A stretch of DNA of 64,000 bases from Mantamonas sphyraenae STR306 (taxonomy: Eukaryota; Protista; CRuMs), in contig JAPMXV010000056.1 in the NCBI GenBank assembly GCA_026936335.1, forward strand, positions 124,001-188,000, written 5' to 3'. A program made the position numbers and the translations under genes. Shown piece by piece: positions 34,184 through 46,400 of the stretch; the first letter of the stretch is position 1; each line of letters starts with the position of its first letter. The notes under the pieces were generated by a model. The model was not told where the DNA came from and did no database searches. It saw only the letters and a list, made by a program, of their open reading frames with translations.

Positions 34184-35254
34184 ATGAGCAGCAGCAGCAG
34201 CAAGAGCAGCAGCAACGTGCATGTGGTGGACAGCACGCGGCATGTGTGCGACGTGAAGCACGCTGGAAGGGCGGTGGGAGACGTGCAGGACCCTGTGCTG
34301 GTGGCAACGTCTGCACTGACGGGAAACGAGTGGGACGGGACGGTGGCGGTGTACGATGCAGCGGCCATGGACGCAGAGACGCCTGCTGGCAAGGTGTCGA
34401 TGCAGACAGGCATTGCCAGTGCCACATGGGCCATGGAGGAGAGTAAGTGGAGTGTGGGGAAGTCGGGACGGGTGTGTTCGGGCCAACACTGACCGGCGGC
34501 ATGCAGAGTCGAGTCTGGTACTTGCAGGCGCAGACGACGGGATGGTGTACATGTATCAAGTGTGCCGGCCAGGCGACGACGATTACATTACGTTTCTGGA
34601 CGCACTGTCTGGCCACACGGCAGGTGTGAGCTGTGTGTGTGCACACACCCAACGCAGGGAGAGTTTTCGCTTTCGGGCTCGGCGGACTGCACCGTGAAGC
34701 TGTGGGCTCACGCACAGCCGGAGCAGCCGCTGGTGGCCACGTACCGCGGCCATAGTGCGCCTGTGCGTCAGGTGATGTGGTCGACGCATGAGGCCGACGT
34801 GTTTGCGTCCATGGCAGGGGATATGACCACCAAACTGTGGGATCGCCGCAGCGACAAGAGCACGGCGCGCCTGGTGTCCGACGGGATGGTCACCAGTGCC
34901 ACGTGGTGCACAGACGACGCCGGAGTGTTTGCGCTGGGCATGGAGGACGGCAGTGTGCAATTGCAGGACAGTCGCAAGCTGAGCAGCGAGGAGCCCCTGC
35001 ACGTATGGGACGCTGCACACGGATTGGCTTCTTCTTCCCTTTGCTTTGCACCCGAATCGCACACACGTTTGGTCAGTGGATCCGATGACGGCACCATTGT
35101 GCTGCTAGACAGCACGGCGGACCAGGAGGGCTCCTGCACCGTCGTGGGCCAAAAGCACACAGACTATGTGCGTGCGCTGTCGTGGAGCCCCGTCACGCCG
35201 TCCCAGGTCGTGTCTGGTTCCTGGGACCACACTGTGCAGATTGTGGACGTGTAG
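34184..35254 (+). CDS. WD40 protein, MEP50/WDR77-like (intron 34443-34506; frameshift at ~34640)
   Basis: SALTGNEWDG, SGSADCTVKLW, TKLWDRR, HTDYVRALSWSP, SGSWD. Confidence 0.75.
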
Positions 35255-35310
35255 GGAGGGGGCAAGAGACCGGGTGAAGCGAACGAAAATTGAAATCGGG
35301 GTTGTGTTCA

Positions 35311-36769
35311 TCAATCCTCCCATAGCATGGCATGGAGCATGCGGTCTGGCACCTGACCACGCAAGGCACGCAGAACGGTGTCAAGCTCAACGTTGACCTC
35401 GAGCATGGTCTTGCCACGCACCTTGCGGCGCTCTTGACGCAGGATGGAGCAGTTGAGGAGGCCCTCGAGGACTTCACGAAAGTCGCTGGTAGATTGGCGC
35501 CCGCTGCCGTAGAGAGCTCGCATGGCTGAGCGATACCGCTGCTTGAGGGTGTCGATGTCCAGCTGCTTGACCTTTTCGCCGCTGCGAAAGACGGCGCAGA
35601 GCAGGAGGTGCTGGTTGAGGGGCAGGGAGGAGATGATGGACATGCGACCAGACGGGTCGTGTGCACTCTTGTTGCTCAATGCCAGGTACACGTCCATGAG
35701 ACGCATTGGCTTGTCCAGGCCCGTGTCCAGGGCATGCTGGAGGGCTCGCACGAAATAGTCGAGCATGATCCGCACGTCGTTGGCAGACACCGACTTGCGA
35801 ATAATGTACACAATAGCCTCGTCAGTCATCACGTCCAGGCCCCGGAGTCGATCCTTGGCAATCACGGTGAGGTCGGCCTGGCTGTAGGGCTCAAACACGA
35901 GCTGATCAACTTGCACTGTGCACAACGCAAAAAGGGGCCAAAGGGTGAGTTTCGGAGGGCTGGCACAGGGGACAACGGCACACGTGGAAACAAGGTGGTG
36001 GGGCGTGTCACCTGGCAGGGACATGTGTGGACGCAGGGGAAACGATGTGTTGCTCCACAGATGCAAACTTACCGTCCGAGAGGGCAGAGATGTGCTGGAA
36101 GCTGCCACGGCCGACATCGTTGGCAATGCCGACCAGCAGGAGGGAGCTGCCGGGCAGGGTAAGCCAGTTGAACACGGCACGCATGGTTGCCTGGCTCAGG
36201 TGATCGATCTCGTCGAGTACGAGCAGTGTGATGCGCTCCTGGCTGCCTGTGGCGCTCATGAACGCGTCCAAGCTTGCGCTCTGATCACCCAGCAACACCG
36301 ACGCCAGGCTGGCGAAAAAGTCGATGCCATCGCTGGCACATTTGTACACATGCACGTCAAAGTGCTTCCGCAGTTCCGTGTCTGCCTGCAGCTGCTCGAG
36401 CACCTGCGACACCAGAAGGGTCTTCCCTGTGCCCGGATGGCCTGAGAGGTACAACCCGGCTGCCTTCCTGTCTTGTGCGCTGCGTTCCACCTGCTCCCAC
36501 ACCCGTTTGTACATTTGCTTGCGCACCAGATCTGCACTTGGTTCGTGTTTGCGCTCCATGCGCTCCACAGCCGTGGCAAATGCGTCCTGCATGCTACTGG
36601 ACGACGGCGTAGACGTGCCGCTACTTCGCTGGCGTTTGACATCTGGCTCCTTGCGGCCCGTCTCCTCCTCCTCGGACTGTTCCACCTCCTTACGCTTCCG
36701 TGGCGCCGTGGTGGACGGCACAGACTGCTTGCGACGCCGCGTGAACCGTGTTGTGATTCGTGTGGACAT
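35311..36769 (-). CDS. Cdc6/Orc1-family AAA+ ATPase (intron ~36071-35917)
   Basis: LYLSGHPGTGKT Walker A, LVLDEIDHL Walker B, LVGIAN sensor 1, FEPYS, C-terminal winged helix. Confidence 0.85.
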
Positions 36770-36885
36770 GTGTTCGGACCTGTGCAGTGCGTGACGTCTG
36801 GCTGGTGGCTGGTTGCACTCGCGCACGCGCACCCATCCACACCCATCCACACACACACACACACATACATACATACACACGCCGC

Positions 36886-38370
36886 ATGGAAAACCGATAT
36901 GTGCGCGTTCTGGTTGAGCAGCGCACCTTCCGCCTCCTCTTCTTGGGTGTTTCGGTGTCGCAATTTGGCACCTGGCTCACCTACCTGGCTCTCCTCAAAC
37001 TCATTGCAGACGCCTCCGACGGCTCGGTGTGGGCACTTACGCTGTACATAATGGTCTACATGGGCGCACGCATGATCATGCTGCAGCCAGCTGGAGTGTT
37101 GGCGGACAGGCACAACCGCTGGACGCTGCTCATTCTCAGCGACGTTGCCCGCATGCTCACCGTGCCCTTGTTTGCGTTTGTGTCCCTGGTCCAGGGTCCT
37201 GCAGACACTGTTTTGGGTCTCCTCATTGCCAACACGGCTGTACAGGCTGCGTTCGAGAGTGTGGTGCAACCCTCCACCGGAGCGTTGCTCCCTCGTCTAG
37301 TGCATGCGCACCAGGTACCTACAGCCAATGCCCTCCTTTCTGCCACAGCCTGTGTCCAAGTATTCTTAGGCAGCGCCGTGGCGGGCGTGTTGCTCGGCTT
37401 GTACTCCCCGGCGGTGTGTTTTGTTCTCGATGCCTGCTCCTTCCTGCTTTCCGCCCTGATTCTCGCTCTCGCACGCCACCACGGCGCCCACCTAGGCACC
37501 CCGGGAACAGAAGAACGCAAGGACTCCATGCGCAATGATGAACTCCCTCTCGATCATGCAGACGTGGACGTTGAGCACAACGACGACGACAAGTCCTTGC
37601 TCAAGGCGCAAGAAGAACAGGTGGATGCAAATGGAACTGGGCATCCAACCATGACCCAGGCTTTGGCAGAACTGTGGCGGTTCCTGGCCGGTGCTGGGGC
37701 CTCTCCATCAGCATACTGCGGGCTTTTGTTGCTCGGACGCACCCTTGCTGTGCTCACGTGGGCCAACACAGATGTGCAGAACCTACTCATCATCCAACAG
37801 CGCACACAGGGCATGGATGGCATCTGGGGAAACTACGCAGCCGTGCTAGGTTTTGTCTTTGCCGCCGAAGGGGCCGCCGTCGGCCTCATCCCTCCTCTGG
37901 CCATGCACGTTGCACGCACCCACTCTCAGTACCGAGCGGCCATGGCCGCAGGCACTTTGTCCATGGCGGTGGGACTGCTGCTCATTGCTGGTACGGCAGG
38001 CGCCGCAGCGGCCACAGTCGACCTCGCCTTTGTCTTTGTTGGAAACGTGCTCAAGGCCGCTGGTGGCGGCGTGCTGAGCATGTTTGTGGATGTGATTCTG
38101 CAACAGGTGGTGGACAACGCCATGCTGGGGCGCGTCTTTGCCGCCAAAGAGGCTTTGGAGGCATGCGTCCGTGTCGTCGCCATGCTCGCCACCGCAGCGG
38201 CCATCGAGGACGGCCATGCCACCCCCGATGGTGTCCAAGTGGTCTGTGGTGTCGTTGCAATGTGTGTCTCTGCGGCCATGATTGCATGGTTCGCCATCCT
38301 GGAGCGCCGGAGGCCTCCAGGCAAGTCTCCACTGCCCGAGTATGCATGCGTGCACACCGAGAACGAGTGA
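36886..38370 (+). CDS. MFS transporter, DHA3-like, intronless
   Basis: GVLADRHNR, LPRLV, LDACSFL, VDNAMLGRVF, about 12 TMs. Confidence 0.88.
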   Translation: MENRYVRVLVEQRTFRLLFLGVSVSQFGTWLTYLALLKLIADASDGSVWALTLYIMVYMGARMIMLQPAGVLADRHNRWTLLILSDVARMLTVPLFAFVSLVQGPADTVLGLLIANTAVQAAFESVVQPSTGALLPRLVHAHQVPTANALLSATACVQVFLGSAVAGVLLGLYSPAVCFVLDACSFLLSALILALARHHGAHLGTPGTEERKDSMRNDELPLDHADVDVEHNDDDKSLLKAQEEQVDANGTGHPTMTQALAELWRFLAGAGASPSAYCGLLLLGRTLAVLTWANTDVQNLLIIQQRTQGMDGIWGNYAAVLGFVFAAEGAAVGLIPPLAMHVARTHSQYRAAMAAGTLSMAVGLLLIAGTAGAAAATVDLAFVFVGNVLKAAGGGVLSMFVDVILQQVVDNAMLGRVFAAKEALEACVRVVAMLATAAAIEDGHATPDGVQVVCGVVAMCVSAAMIAWFAILERRRPPGKSPLPEYACVHTENE

Positions 38371-38560
38371 CCGTACACGCAAATCGATCCAACGACCCCA
38401 AAAAAAAATCTTCTCTGGAAAGGCAACACGGTTGCTTGGAAACACCCGGCTCGTCTGGACGTCATCGACTTTTCAAGGAAAAGTTCACGCCGCGCCAGCG
38501 CAACCAACTCACACTTGTCGTTGTTGCTCCAACCGACCGACCCATTGTTTGGTTGTACGA

Positions 38561-40142
38561 ATGGACAGGATACGCGGGAACAAGTACTACCGCGTTTTGG
38601 CGGACAATGAGGCCTTCCGCCTGCTCTTTGTGGGTGTGTCGGTGTCCGAGTTTGGCACGTGGTTCACGTACCTGCTGTGCCTCAAGCTCATTTCCGACGC
38701 AGCGCCTGGAGCATGGTACCTCACCCTGTTTGTGATGGTGTTTGTGTTTGTCAAGGTGGCCCTGCTGTCCCCGGCGGGAGTGCTGGCAGATCGAATGAGC
38801 CGCTTTGACATGCTGCTGTTCAGCGATGCCGGCCGCGGACTGACCGTGCCCCTTTTCGGTCTGGCTCTGCTCTCGCCGGACACCAATCTGGCGTTGGCTG
38901 TGTTGATTGGCAACAGTGCCCTGCAGGCGGTGTTTGAGACCTGTGTCGGCCCCGCCGAACAGGCCCTCATGCAACGCTTGGTGCCCAAGAAGCAGTTGCC
39001 CACTGCCAATGCCATCATGTCTGTGTCGTGGTGTGCTCAGCTGTTCCTGGGCTCCAGCATGGCCGGTCTGGCCATCGCAACGCTTCCGCCCATGTTCTGC
39101 TTTCTCCTTGACAGCGCCACATACTTGGTCGCCTTTGCCGCCCTTTGGCGTGCTCGCAGCCTGAATCCTTCGCTTGGTATGCCTCTGCAGGATGAGGGCG
39201 AGGACGAGGACGAGCAAACGGACGAGCAAAAGGATCAGGATGTGGCAGACACAACCGGGCTCACTGTGGACGACTCCGAGCCGCCACCCGCTTCCAAGCG
39301 CACCTTTGTGGGCGACCTGCGTGTGTTGGCCCAGTTCCTCGCTAGCCAGCCGTATGTGATGTGGCTGATTGTGCTGCGCACCATGTCGACACTGTCCTGG
39401 GCCAACATGGACATCATCAATTTTGTTGCTGATCAAGGAGCGCGTGGTCGGCCTCCAAGGCTACTTTTCAAGCTACAGCGCCGTCCTGGGCCTCCTGTTT
39501 GCCCTCGAGGGACTCATGGTGGGACTGGGGCCCGTGGTCGCCATGCACTTCATCAAGAGCCACCGCCAGTACCGCATGTGGATGGCATGCGGCTCAATGG
39601 GCACGGCTGTCGGCATGTACATGCTGGTGGGCACCCACAGCAACTTTGGATGGGATCTGGCCCTCTTCTTCATTGGCAGCGCCGTCAAGTCCATCGGCGT
39701 CGGTCTCGTCGCGGTCCTCATGGACGTCATCCTCCAGGAGGTGGTTCCGAACGCGGTCATGGGACGCGTTTCCTCCCTGCGCTTCATGCTCGATGAGCTT
39801 GCTGTGCTGATCAGTGTCCTGCTCACTGCAGTGCTCATCGACAATTTGGGATTCACCCCGGACGACGTGCAGGTGTTTTTTGGCTTCGTTGCCACCGCCA
39901 CCGCCCTCACAATGGCTTTGTACTTTGTGCGCATCGAGTTGCGTCGAAAGGCTGCCAACAGCAACCAGTGGATCGAGCTCGACGAGGACGACGCTGGCAG
40001 CGATGCCTCGTCCCAGGTCGAAACAAACGCCGGCGCTGGCGATAAGACCAAGCTTCTTGCTGCCGAATACGTCATCATCTGTCCCGACAGTGACTCGGTC
40101 GCCGATTCAGACGACACAGAGCCAATTGCGGGTGCAGCGTGA
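38561..40142 (+). CDS. MFS transporter, DHA3-like, tandem paralog (frameshift at ~39421)
   Basis: GVLADRMSR, LDSATYL. Removing one T from a T run restores DIINLLLIKER and the second half. Confidence 0.85.
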
Positions 40143-40214
40143 TGCAGATGGAGCGGCGATGAATGAAGTTTCTTGCTCCACAAAGCTCACACATCACACA
40201 CATCACACATCCAT

Positions 40215-41665
40215 CTACAGTGTCTTGGGATGCTTTTCGGCGATGTAGGCTCGCACGTACCTCGAGCACGCGAATGTCGTGAGGGTCGTGAGTGCTGTCA
40301 GCCCCAAGTTGATCCAGAAAAAGTTGCCATGAAGGTTGAATGCGACGAACGAGTTCATCGGCACCACAAGCAAGGCCAACAGACCGCCGATGAGCACTGT
40401 GACCCCAAACAGGCGCCCATAAAGTGGCGAATAGTTTGCGAGGAGGAACGTGGAGAGCACAGAGAACATAAGCACGCGCCACTGAACAAAGATCGCGTAC
40501 ACCACGTACAGCACCACAGGCTGCTGCAGTGTGCTTAGCACTCCCCACACCAGGGCACCCCCACTCAGGATCAAGAACCAGGTCGATTGCGTTGTGTTTT
40601 GCACCAACAACCCCAAGGGGTACGTGCCCACCAATCCAAGCGTCGGCAACAAAACCGAAAACACGTTTTGCTGTGCTTTTGCTGCTTGAAAGTTGCGATG
40701 TGTGCTCCATAGAGCCAACGGGAAAACGTTGGCGATGAAGAAGTACTGCGGGGCAACGGGGTTAGTTTTGGTCCCACACTCCCATGCTCACACCCCCAAC
40801 ATACCCCATGCATGAACATGACTCCAACGGATGCAATGAGGAGAATCATGTGCGGTTGTCGCAGCAAATTCCAGTCGAACGAGAGCGGGTGGGCTTCGCC
40901 TGCAGCAGCTTCCTCCTCTTCGAGAACGTCTTCGGATTCTCCTTCTTCAGCCACATGGGTGTGCACCGGGTCTGTCATCACGAAAACACAAAACAGGATC
41001 AACGGGATCCCCACCACAAAGCCGTAGACGAGAAAGAGCGTCGAGCTGCGCACATGGAGATCAGCCAACGCTTGAAACCCCACAAACACAATTGCAGACG
41101 CGTCCCAAAGGGATACCAGCGCTACAGAAATCCTTCCTTGAACATGTGGGTAGTCTCCACCCAGGGAGATGAACGCTAGCATGAGTCCTCCGCCAGACGC
41201 CATCATCAACGAGTACGCCAACGCGTACACGTCGAACGAAGGGCTCGCCAGCCCCATTAGCAATGCGCTGAACGTCCAGCCACCCGCCCAGATGATGAGA
41301 GACCACCGACGCCCGATGCGATCGAGAAGCAAGCCCTGCGCAAGCCCGCCAAAATTCAGCGCAGAAGTAGCCGCCTCGAAAATGGTGTTCAACCGCACCA
41401 ACTGACTTGGGCATGGAAACTCAACCGTGTCATCAGGACACACGTGGCTGTACACACCTTCTTTGACCAGCACGGCTCGGATGGCATTGAAGCCAAAGGT
41501 CAGGCCGCCGCAGAAGAACATCGCGACAAGTGCACCTACAATCAGGGTCCAGTCGTGGGCACTGAGCGGTCGAGCGGGAACCTGTGCAGTTCCACTTTTT
41601 GCTTCAACCGAACGATCTCCATTTTCGCTGGGGACCAAAGGGACTGCCTCAACCGAAGAACTCAT
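40215..41665 (-). CDS. SLC43/LAT3/Fmp42-like MFS amino-acid transporter (intron ~40804-40747)
   Basis: GGLTFGFNAI..L.KEGVY...C...Q..RLN, GLLLDRIG, DASAIVF, YGRLFG. Confidence 0.82.
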
Positions 41666-41849
41666 GGTTTTGTTGCCGCTGCTCGCGTGCATTGGACTTG
41701 GCAATGCCCTTTCCACCACACACACCACCATCCAACAGTGAAACAAAATGCCCGTGCGTCCTCTGTGGATGCAATGGTTCATGTTGGAGAGGAAACGATC
41801 GCCACTTTTGTTTGGCATCACAAATCTCTACAGTGTAAGAACACACAGC

Positions 41850-44165
41850 TTAGCGGGCAGCCTCGCTGTTCAGCACGGCGTTCCTCGACTTGTCCCAGTA
41901 CTGGGGCTCCCACTTCATGTCGGTGGTGTGGCACTGGCCCTTGGTGTGGCCCATGTTGTGAGCGTCCTTCAGCTCGCTAAACTTCAGCTCAGAAGTACCA
42001 TCGTTGGGCCACTTGAGCACCGCGTTCATCGCCAGGTTGCAGTAGTTCACCAGACCGCCCGTCTTGTACTGCGTCGTGTAAAAGTACACGTCCTTGCGGC
42101 TCTCGCCAGTGATCCCTGCGTTCCACAGCGCTGCGCCGTCCGTCGTCAGGTCGGTGTTCGAACCGCAGCCCACACCAAAGGTCTTGCCCAAGTTGGCAGC
42201 CGATCCGGCGCCCGAGCAGCCATAGTAAGGCGACCCCAGGCTCTGCAGCTGGCGGCCGTTGCTCGACTCTTCCAGACCGCTAAAGTAGTAGTTGTGCAGG
42301 TGCAGTGCTGCAAGACCACCCTGAGAGTGACCAATCACACCGTACGACTCAAACTTGCTGTCTCCAAACTCGCCCAGCATCTGTGCAAACCGATCGTTTG
42401 TCTCCGATGCGCTGGGGTTCAGGAAGAACGCTGCGTCCGTCCACAGCTCCTTCTGTGCCTCCCACGGGTTCACGGCGCTGCAGTAGCCATGCGACAGCAC
42501 AAGGCCCTTCTTGCCCGCAGCCACAAGGCTCACGTTGCGCGCGGGGCGCACACCTTCGCGCATCTCACGCGTGATCGGACGCACTCCGTCAAACTCCACA
42601 GACACAAGCGCCTCGGCAAGCTTCAGCTCCTCAGCCAGCTCCATCGACACGCTCATCTCGCTCTCCTCGCTCAGCGGCACGTGTGCCTCAACCTCCGTCA
42701 CATACACGTTCTTCACGCGCAGCGGCGCCTTGACCTTGGCACGTTCCAGCCACGCCACATCCACCTCCAAACCCAGCGCTGCCTTGCCCTGCACACGCTC
42801 CACATCCACCAGTGCACTCACCCAGCACGCCGCCACCTCGCTCGAGCTGTCTGTCGTGCTTTGGCCGTACACCTCTGCGTACGCACGGTACGTCACTGCC
42901 TTGCCTGCAGGCACCTTTTCCTGCACTCCCAGGTACACCATCACACGGTTGCTGCCCTCCTTCATCGCTGCCCAGCTCTCGCCCGTCAGCGACAGAGTGT
43001 CTGCAACCACGCGCACCAGCTGTTGCGTCGTGCGCTTGAACGCTGCTCCCGCGTTGTTCGTTCCCCTGTGTCCATCCTCGTGTGTCAGCATGGTGCTTGT
43101 CAAAAAGGCAAAGGCAAAGGCAAAGGCAAAGGCGTTCGGTGTCCACACACGTACTTCACCACCGTCGTCAGAACATAGTCGCCAACCTCGCTGGCTTCAA
43201 TCTGTGCTCCAAACACGCCGTCGTTCGACAGCTCGTCTCCGTGCAGGCCGTCGTCGTGCATGGGCACGTCCACCTCGTGGCCGTCCGGCATCAGCACGTC
43301 CATCTCAGCTGCCGTCACTGCGTCCTTCAACGCTTCCGGCACCGCTGCCACGCGCACGCTGTCGTCAAACGTTGCGCTATCAAACGCACGTGTCTTGACT
43401 CCAATTGTCTGGCCCTTCACAAGGCGATACGACTGCATTTGTGTGTGCAGCGTCTCCTGGGCCTCGTTGCGCACAAACACAACGCCGTGCGGCGCCGTCT
43501 CGCTCCCGCCCGTCTTGCGCAGCGTCTCACGCAGCGCCATCACCTCCGCCAGGTTCATGCGGTGGTCCTCCCCACCCCAGTGGGCCGTCAGCACATACTC
43601 GCCCAGCACAGGCTTCTCCAGAACATACGCAGTGCCCTTCACCGCCGCTCCGTTGCTGTCGCTCAGCGGAAACTCCGTCTGCGCCCACATTTTGCGTGTT
43701 TTCAGCCACCATGCCGTTTTTTTACGCCTGCGTCAGCCAACTCTGCGCCCTCCTTCTCTGCACACACCCTCACACGCAACGTACCGCCTGCGCAATGGCG
43801 CCCAGGTTCACCTCGGCTCCGTTGGGATCCACCAGCTTGAGCACCAGCGACTCCTCGTGGGGAGAAAACACGGTGAACAGGAACTGGTCGGTCGAATCGC
43901 ACACCAGCTTCTGCTCGAAGCCAGCCACAAACTCCTTGGCACCCATCACCTCCTGGGCGCTCTCGTCTGCACGCACCACGTCCACATAGAACGGCTGCTC
44001 TGCACTGAGGCTGGTCATGGCACCCAGCGCAGGGCTGGGCACGCGATGTTGCTCAAACTCGCTGGGCGGGCCAGCCAGCTGCTTGCGGGCCAACGCACCA
44101 AACACACCGTGGATACACAAAGCAACCACGACAATGGTCACCAACGTCTGCTTGTTGTTGTTCAT
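41850..44165 (-). CDS. CmfA-like secreted alpha/beta hydrolase, copy 2 (inverted paralog)
   Basis: Same exon structure and motifs as 29616-31925, intact reading frame. Confidence 0.78.
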
Positions 44166-44228
44166 GGCGACGATGAAGGCCTTTGTTGTTTTGGATGGGG
44201 TTTTGTTGCGACGACTCCCGTCGCATGC

Positions 44229-45104
44229 TCACCAGATGAAGGGCACAAACGTCGCCACCTCCTTCACATACTTCTTGTACTCGTCACTGTACTTGTTGTT
44301 CATGTGCTTCTCCGTCAGCGTGACGCCGCTGACACGCAGGATGACGGCGGTGATGAGCGCCGGAGACACAAACAGGCGCCAGTCGTACTGTGAAGCAATC
44401 ACATACATACCCCAGAACAGGCAGACGTTGCCAAAGTAGTTGGGGTGGCGCGAGAGGGACCACAGACCCGTCCTGAGCAGCTTGCCCTTGTTTTCCGGGT
44501 TGGCTTTGAAGCTGGCCAGCTGGTAGTCTGCACCGGCTTCAAACACAATGCCCACCACGCCCATGACAGCACCCACTGCATCGTACGCCGTCCAGTGCGG
44601 CGTGGTGATGTACGGCGTCATGGCGATCGGGAGGCACACCAGGTACATAATCACCCCCTGCAGGCCAAACACGTACACAATCGACTTGAGCACAAAGTTG
44701 CCACCCACACGCTTGCCAATGTTGACGTATCGTGGATCCTCGCCGTGCTGCCAAAAGGCCAGTCCCGCGTGGAAACACACTGGTCAGCGGGTTTGCTTTT
44801 CTCTGGGGCTGGAAAAACTCTCCGCCCATGTCCGACGTACCTTGAGAAGACGCGACAAGAGATAGGTGCCCAGACGGATGCCCCACACACACGTGAGCCC
44901 CACCATGAGCAGCTTCCTGTTTTCCCAGCCTCCGAATGGTTCGCTTGCGGCGTAGGTTGCCACCGATACCACGGCAAAGCCCAAGCCCCAGAATGTGTCC
45001 ACGTGGCTCACCATCCCGATGATCAGCGCCACAATGTAACCAAACACCATCCATGCGGCAACCGCCTTTGCGGCCACAACTTCCAAGGATCCAGCCTCAA
45101 ACAT
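44229..45104 (-). CDS. DUF1295 / steroid 5-alpha-reductase-like membrane protein (one intron ~44840-44760)
   Basis: VDTFWG, WGIRLG, EDPRY, E..AD.QL..FK, GLWSLSRHPNYFG. Confidence 0.9.
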
Positions 45105-45303
45105 CGGAATCAGGTCCAGTTGAGTTGCCCGCCCAATCGCCACGGTCATCCCGAGTTGCCAGCGGAGAGGGAGAGCACAGAACATGGTTGCTTGCTGATT
45201 CCAAGGCAAGCTGGAAGCATGATTGGAAAGCTTGCTCCTGCCAACAGACAATGCCTGCACGCGCCCACAACAACCCACACAGTCAACGTACTGCCGTTTC
45301 GCA

Positions 45304-46351
45304 ATGTCCACGACCGAGGAAACCACTGCCAACACGGAAGCCCAGGAGGAGCAGGTCCTGGAGCAGGTGCCTGAGGAGGGAGGGGATGAGGTGGAGGAGA
45401 TCAAGGTGGACCGTGGCAACATCTCTGCCTCGGACAAGAAGGTGCAGCTGTCGCTGGAGAACAAGCTCAAGACGCGTCTCATGCGCGAAGGTGAGAAAAG
45501 AGCCCGCGGATTCATGCTGGTCAGACACGGGCGGCGTGCGGGAAACTGACACGTGGCTTCAACCTGGACCCCCCGGTTTCCAATCTACTCCTCCCCACCC
45601 ATGTGCAACACAGATTTGGTCGAGCGCAACATCATGATGCGCGGCGCTGTGTCGCCTGCGCTGATGGTGCAGCGAAAGAAGCTGGAAAAGGCCCGCCTGG
45701 AGGATCAGCTGTCGCGAAAGCTCATGATGCGTCCGAGCAAAGATTCGCTCAAACAACGCAACATCCTTGGCAAGGAAACAAACTTGTCGCCCTCGCTGTT
45801 GGAGAACCGCAAGAACTTGATGCGCAGCCAGCTGGAGGACGGACTGAACAGCAAGCTCGCCAACCGTGCCTCCCGCCAGTCACTGCTGGAGAAGAACATC
45901 CTTCGAGGTGGGTTTTGTGGGAGAGGGCTTGGGGCCCCGTTTTTTTGCCCACTTGTCCCAAGCGCTCTAGCCATCGTTGTATCCCCATTCATGACCACTG
46001 CATGCGATTGTCCGCATGCGACCGCACGTGTGTATCGCTGTGGTCCGTTTGGAGGCCTCGCGGAGGCTGTTTTGGACGTGCATGGCCTTTGCAATGAGCA
46101 GGACTCGGTTGATCCTGCGTTTTTTGGGTGACGAGCGCTGACCCAACGCCCGCACACGCACAGGATACGATGAGGTGGCACCGGAGATGACCGCAGACTA
46201 TGAGGAAGAACAGAAGAAGAAGCTGCAAGCCATCCTGGATGCCAAGATCACAAACCGCCCGTCGCGTGAGGAGCTGGTTGAGCGTGGCTTGATCAGCAAC
46301 AGCGGCAGCAACAGCGCCAGCGAGGAAGAGCAGGTGACCGTGGAGGAATGA
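45304..46351 (+). CDS. RPEL-repeat (G-actin-binding) protein, 3 exons
   Basis: Four RPEL-like repeats, e.g. LSRKLMMRPSKDSLKQRNIL and LDAKITNRPSREELVERGLI. Confidence 0.85.
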
Positions 46352-46400
46352 TTAGCACACAGCACACACACACACACATACACACAGAACACAGAGTTGA

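Larger units (their letters stand above)
29613..44168. repeat. Long inverted repeat: arms 29613-31933 and 41842-44168, spacer ~9.9 kb
   Basis: Arms are near-identical reverse complements, including both introns. Confidence 0.97.

Noticed and set aside
29613-44168. Inverted arms as terminal repeats of a transposon or Polinton
   Set aside because: The arms are complete intron-containing genes, the interior is housekeeping genes, and there is no transposase, integrase or target-site duplication.
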